From NCBI GenBank assembly GCA_965153285.1, contig OZ229116.1: 64,000 bases of DNA, one strand, 5' to 3'. Made by a program: the position numbers and the translations under genes. Origin of the DNA: Podarcis tiliguerta (taxonomy: Eukaryota). Below, piece by piece: positions 62,164-64,000 of this stretch; the first letter of the stretch is position 1, and every line of letters begins with the position of its first letter. The notes under the pieces were generated by a model that had not been told where the DNA came from, made no database searches, and was given only the letters and a program-made list of their open reading frames with translations.

Positions 62164-64000
62164 TAAATATCTCAGTTGAATACGTTACATTGAAAACTAC
62201 AGTGCTTAGCTTGTTTGTGACCAGGGTTGCTATGATTATGAAACAGAAGTACAGTACACACAAACAAACATATGCTCCGTTACAATATTGAAATTAAGTT
62301 TTAAACATTTTGCCCTCAATAAATAATTATTTGGCACCACTGAAATTGCATGAAGTTTAATTGAGTAATAATTAAAAACAGTGTGGAATCAATTTCTTGT
62401 TGAACTCAGTGGCACTAATTCTTACAGATTTTAGCGGTTGTGGCTGCTATAATGGTAATCTTTTGCCCCCTTTAAAATAACGATTGTGGGGAATGTGTGT
62501 TTTGTATAACAGAATAGAATAAATGTATGCAGAAAATAATAGAACAATTTAAATGGAACTGTGACTAAGAAACAGTATCACTGTATTCAATAAATAATAT
62601 TATACAATTGCCCACCCCCACAATACATTATCATTATCCTATCTAATTTGCTTTTGGCTTTTCAGACATGGTCTGGGTTATTTACAGTGTACACCTTCTC
62701 ACTGAAGCAAACACAATGTGCTATACCACTAACACATACAATATATAGCACCTTGTGTCGACTTACATTAGAATACACAAATTTTAATGCTGTACAAAGA
62801 TGACAGCATATCTATGGGGAGACATTGGCATCCAGAAGGCACATCATATGGGCACAGATTTTTAACAAGATGTAATAATAGAAAACAGGAAAACAGATAC
62901 TCTCGGTCTTCCTATAGCTGTAATTTGTAGGATTTCCCTCCTGCAAAATTACAGAGAGAGACAGAAAAAGAGACAAGAGAGGCTTGCTTGCATTGTACAC
63001 TGTAATATAGGTTGTTGCGAGTATATTTTTAGGCATCTAGAAATCAGAATAGAGTGCTTGGTTTAAATATTTCTCTGTGATTACAGGCCACAAATGTAAC
63101 CTTGCATCACACTTTTAAAATACCTGTGCTGACACAGGAGCCAAAGGAAGAAATTCAGTGGGAAATGTTTTATCACAGCATTAAATAATTAGCTGACCTC
63201 CCTGACAGTTTCATATAGTAGCAATTAAATGCAAGCCTTTCTCTTTTCTTGATGTAGAATATTGCAGCATTTGACTGCAAACAATTGCAGGACAAAATTT
63301 CAAAGCTTTTAATTTGAATAAACAGCTTTTTTAAAACATCACTGTCTATTTCCTGGAGTATTCTCTGTTAGTAGCAACTTTATAGGTGTAAAAAAAAAAA
63401 GACAAAAAAAGGAGACATCGACCTTGTGAAATAGTGTATATTATTTGTGTTAACATTTTCACTATAAACATTATTTCTGAATCTTAAGTATTTATCCTAC
63501 AACAACAGGAATATTTCAATGTCCCCCCCCAAGGCAATTCTATAATTTAAACCATGATGAATTATAATATTAACAAATGCACATCTGTGTATGTGTATAG
63601 TGTAGCATAGCTGTGTAAATTCAGTTGACATAAGGAATATTTTTTAAACGTTGAAAATCAACGCAGTAAGTGTGTTCTGAATTGCTTTGTGCTCCCCTGT
63701 ATGGCACTCTCATATTGTAAGCATCGAAGCAAACTAATTTTGTCCAATAATAGGAGACAATATAAAAACAGTTTGTAATTATTATTATTTTTGTGTGATA
63801 TAAGCAGCAGTTTATAATAAGCTTTTATAGAACAAGCCAAGTAACATGAATAAAAATATATAATGTTCTCTCATTTTATAAGCACCGCAAACCAAAGTAA
63901 CTAAAAAGCAGAATTTCAAGCTCAATGCTTCTCTTTCCCACTTGTGGTTGAACAGCAAACTTTTTATGGAGATTTCTTTTCCCCTTCATTTGTGGCTAGG

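Noticed and set aside
1-64000. CRISPR arrays, prokaryotic operons, rRNA or snoRNA genes
   Set aside because: This is vertebrate non-coding DNA; no regularly spaced repeats or recognisable RNA genes were seen.

Overview
Vertebrate genomic DNA, almost certainly squamate and probably lacertid lizard (full-length Sauria SINE, BovB, CR1, L2 and squamate-type MITEs). No host protein-coding exon could be recognised in 64 kb. The only ORFs with recognisable protein motifs are 5'-truncated retrotransposon remnants: a Rex1/Babar RT at 50228-51115 and an RTE C-terminus at 32929-33372, plus a short L2 piece. The window reads as a very large intron or gene desert of a developmental regulator: unique, AT-rich, partly CpG-retaining blocks dense in homeodomain, TALE (PBX/MEIS), posterior HOX/CDX, TCF and RFX motifs, interleaved with transposons. 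The most unusual feature is six N-runs (132-444 bp) that sit inside these unique enhancer-like blocks rather than at repeats. This suggests that the most conserved cores were hard-masked. PBX3 intron 2 is offered as an unverified locus guess. Other points of interest: a 985-bp hAT element with perfect TSDs and CpG-island-like cargo, a MITE nested in a MITE, two SINE/LINE partner pairs, a TWA-flanked hairpin MITE family, and a decayed Penelope hammerhead ribozyme. Family names come from motif recognition, not database searches.
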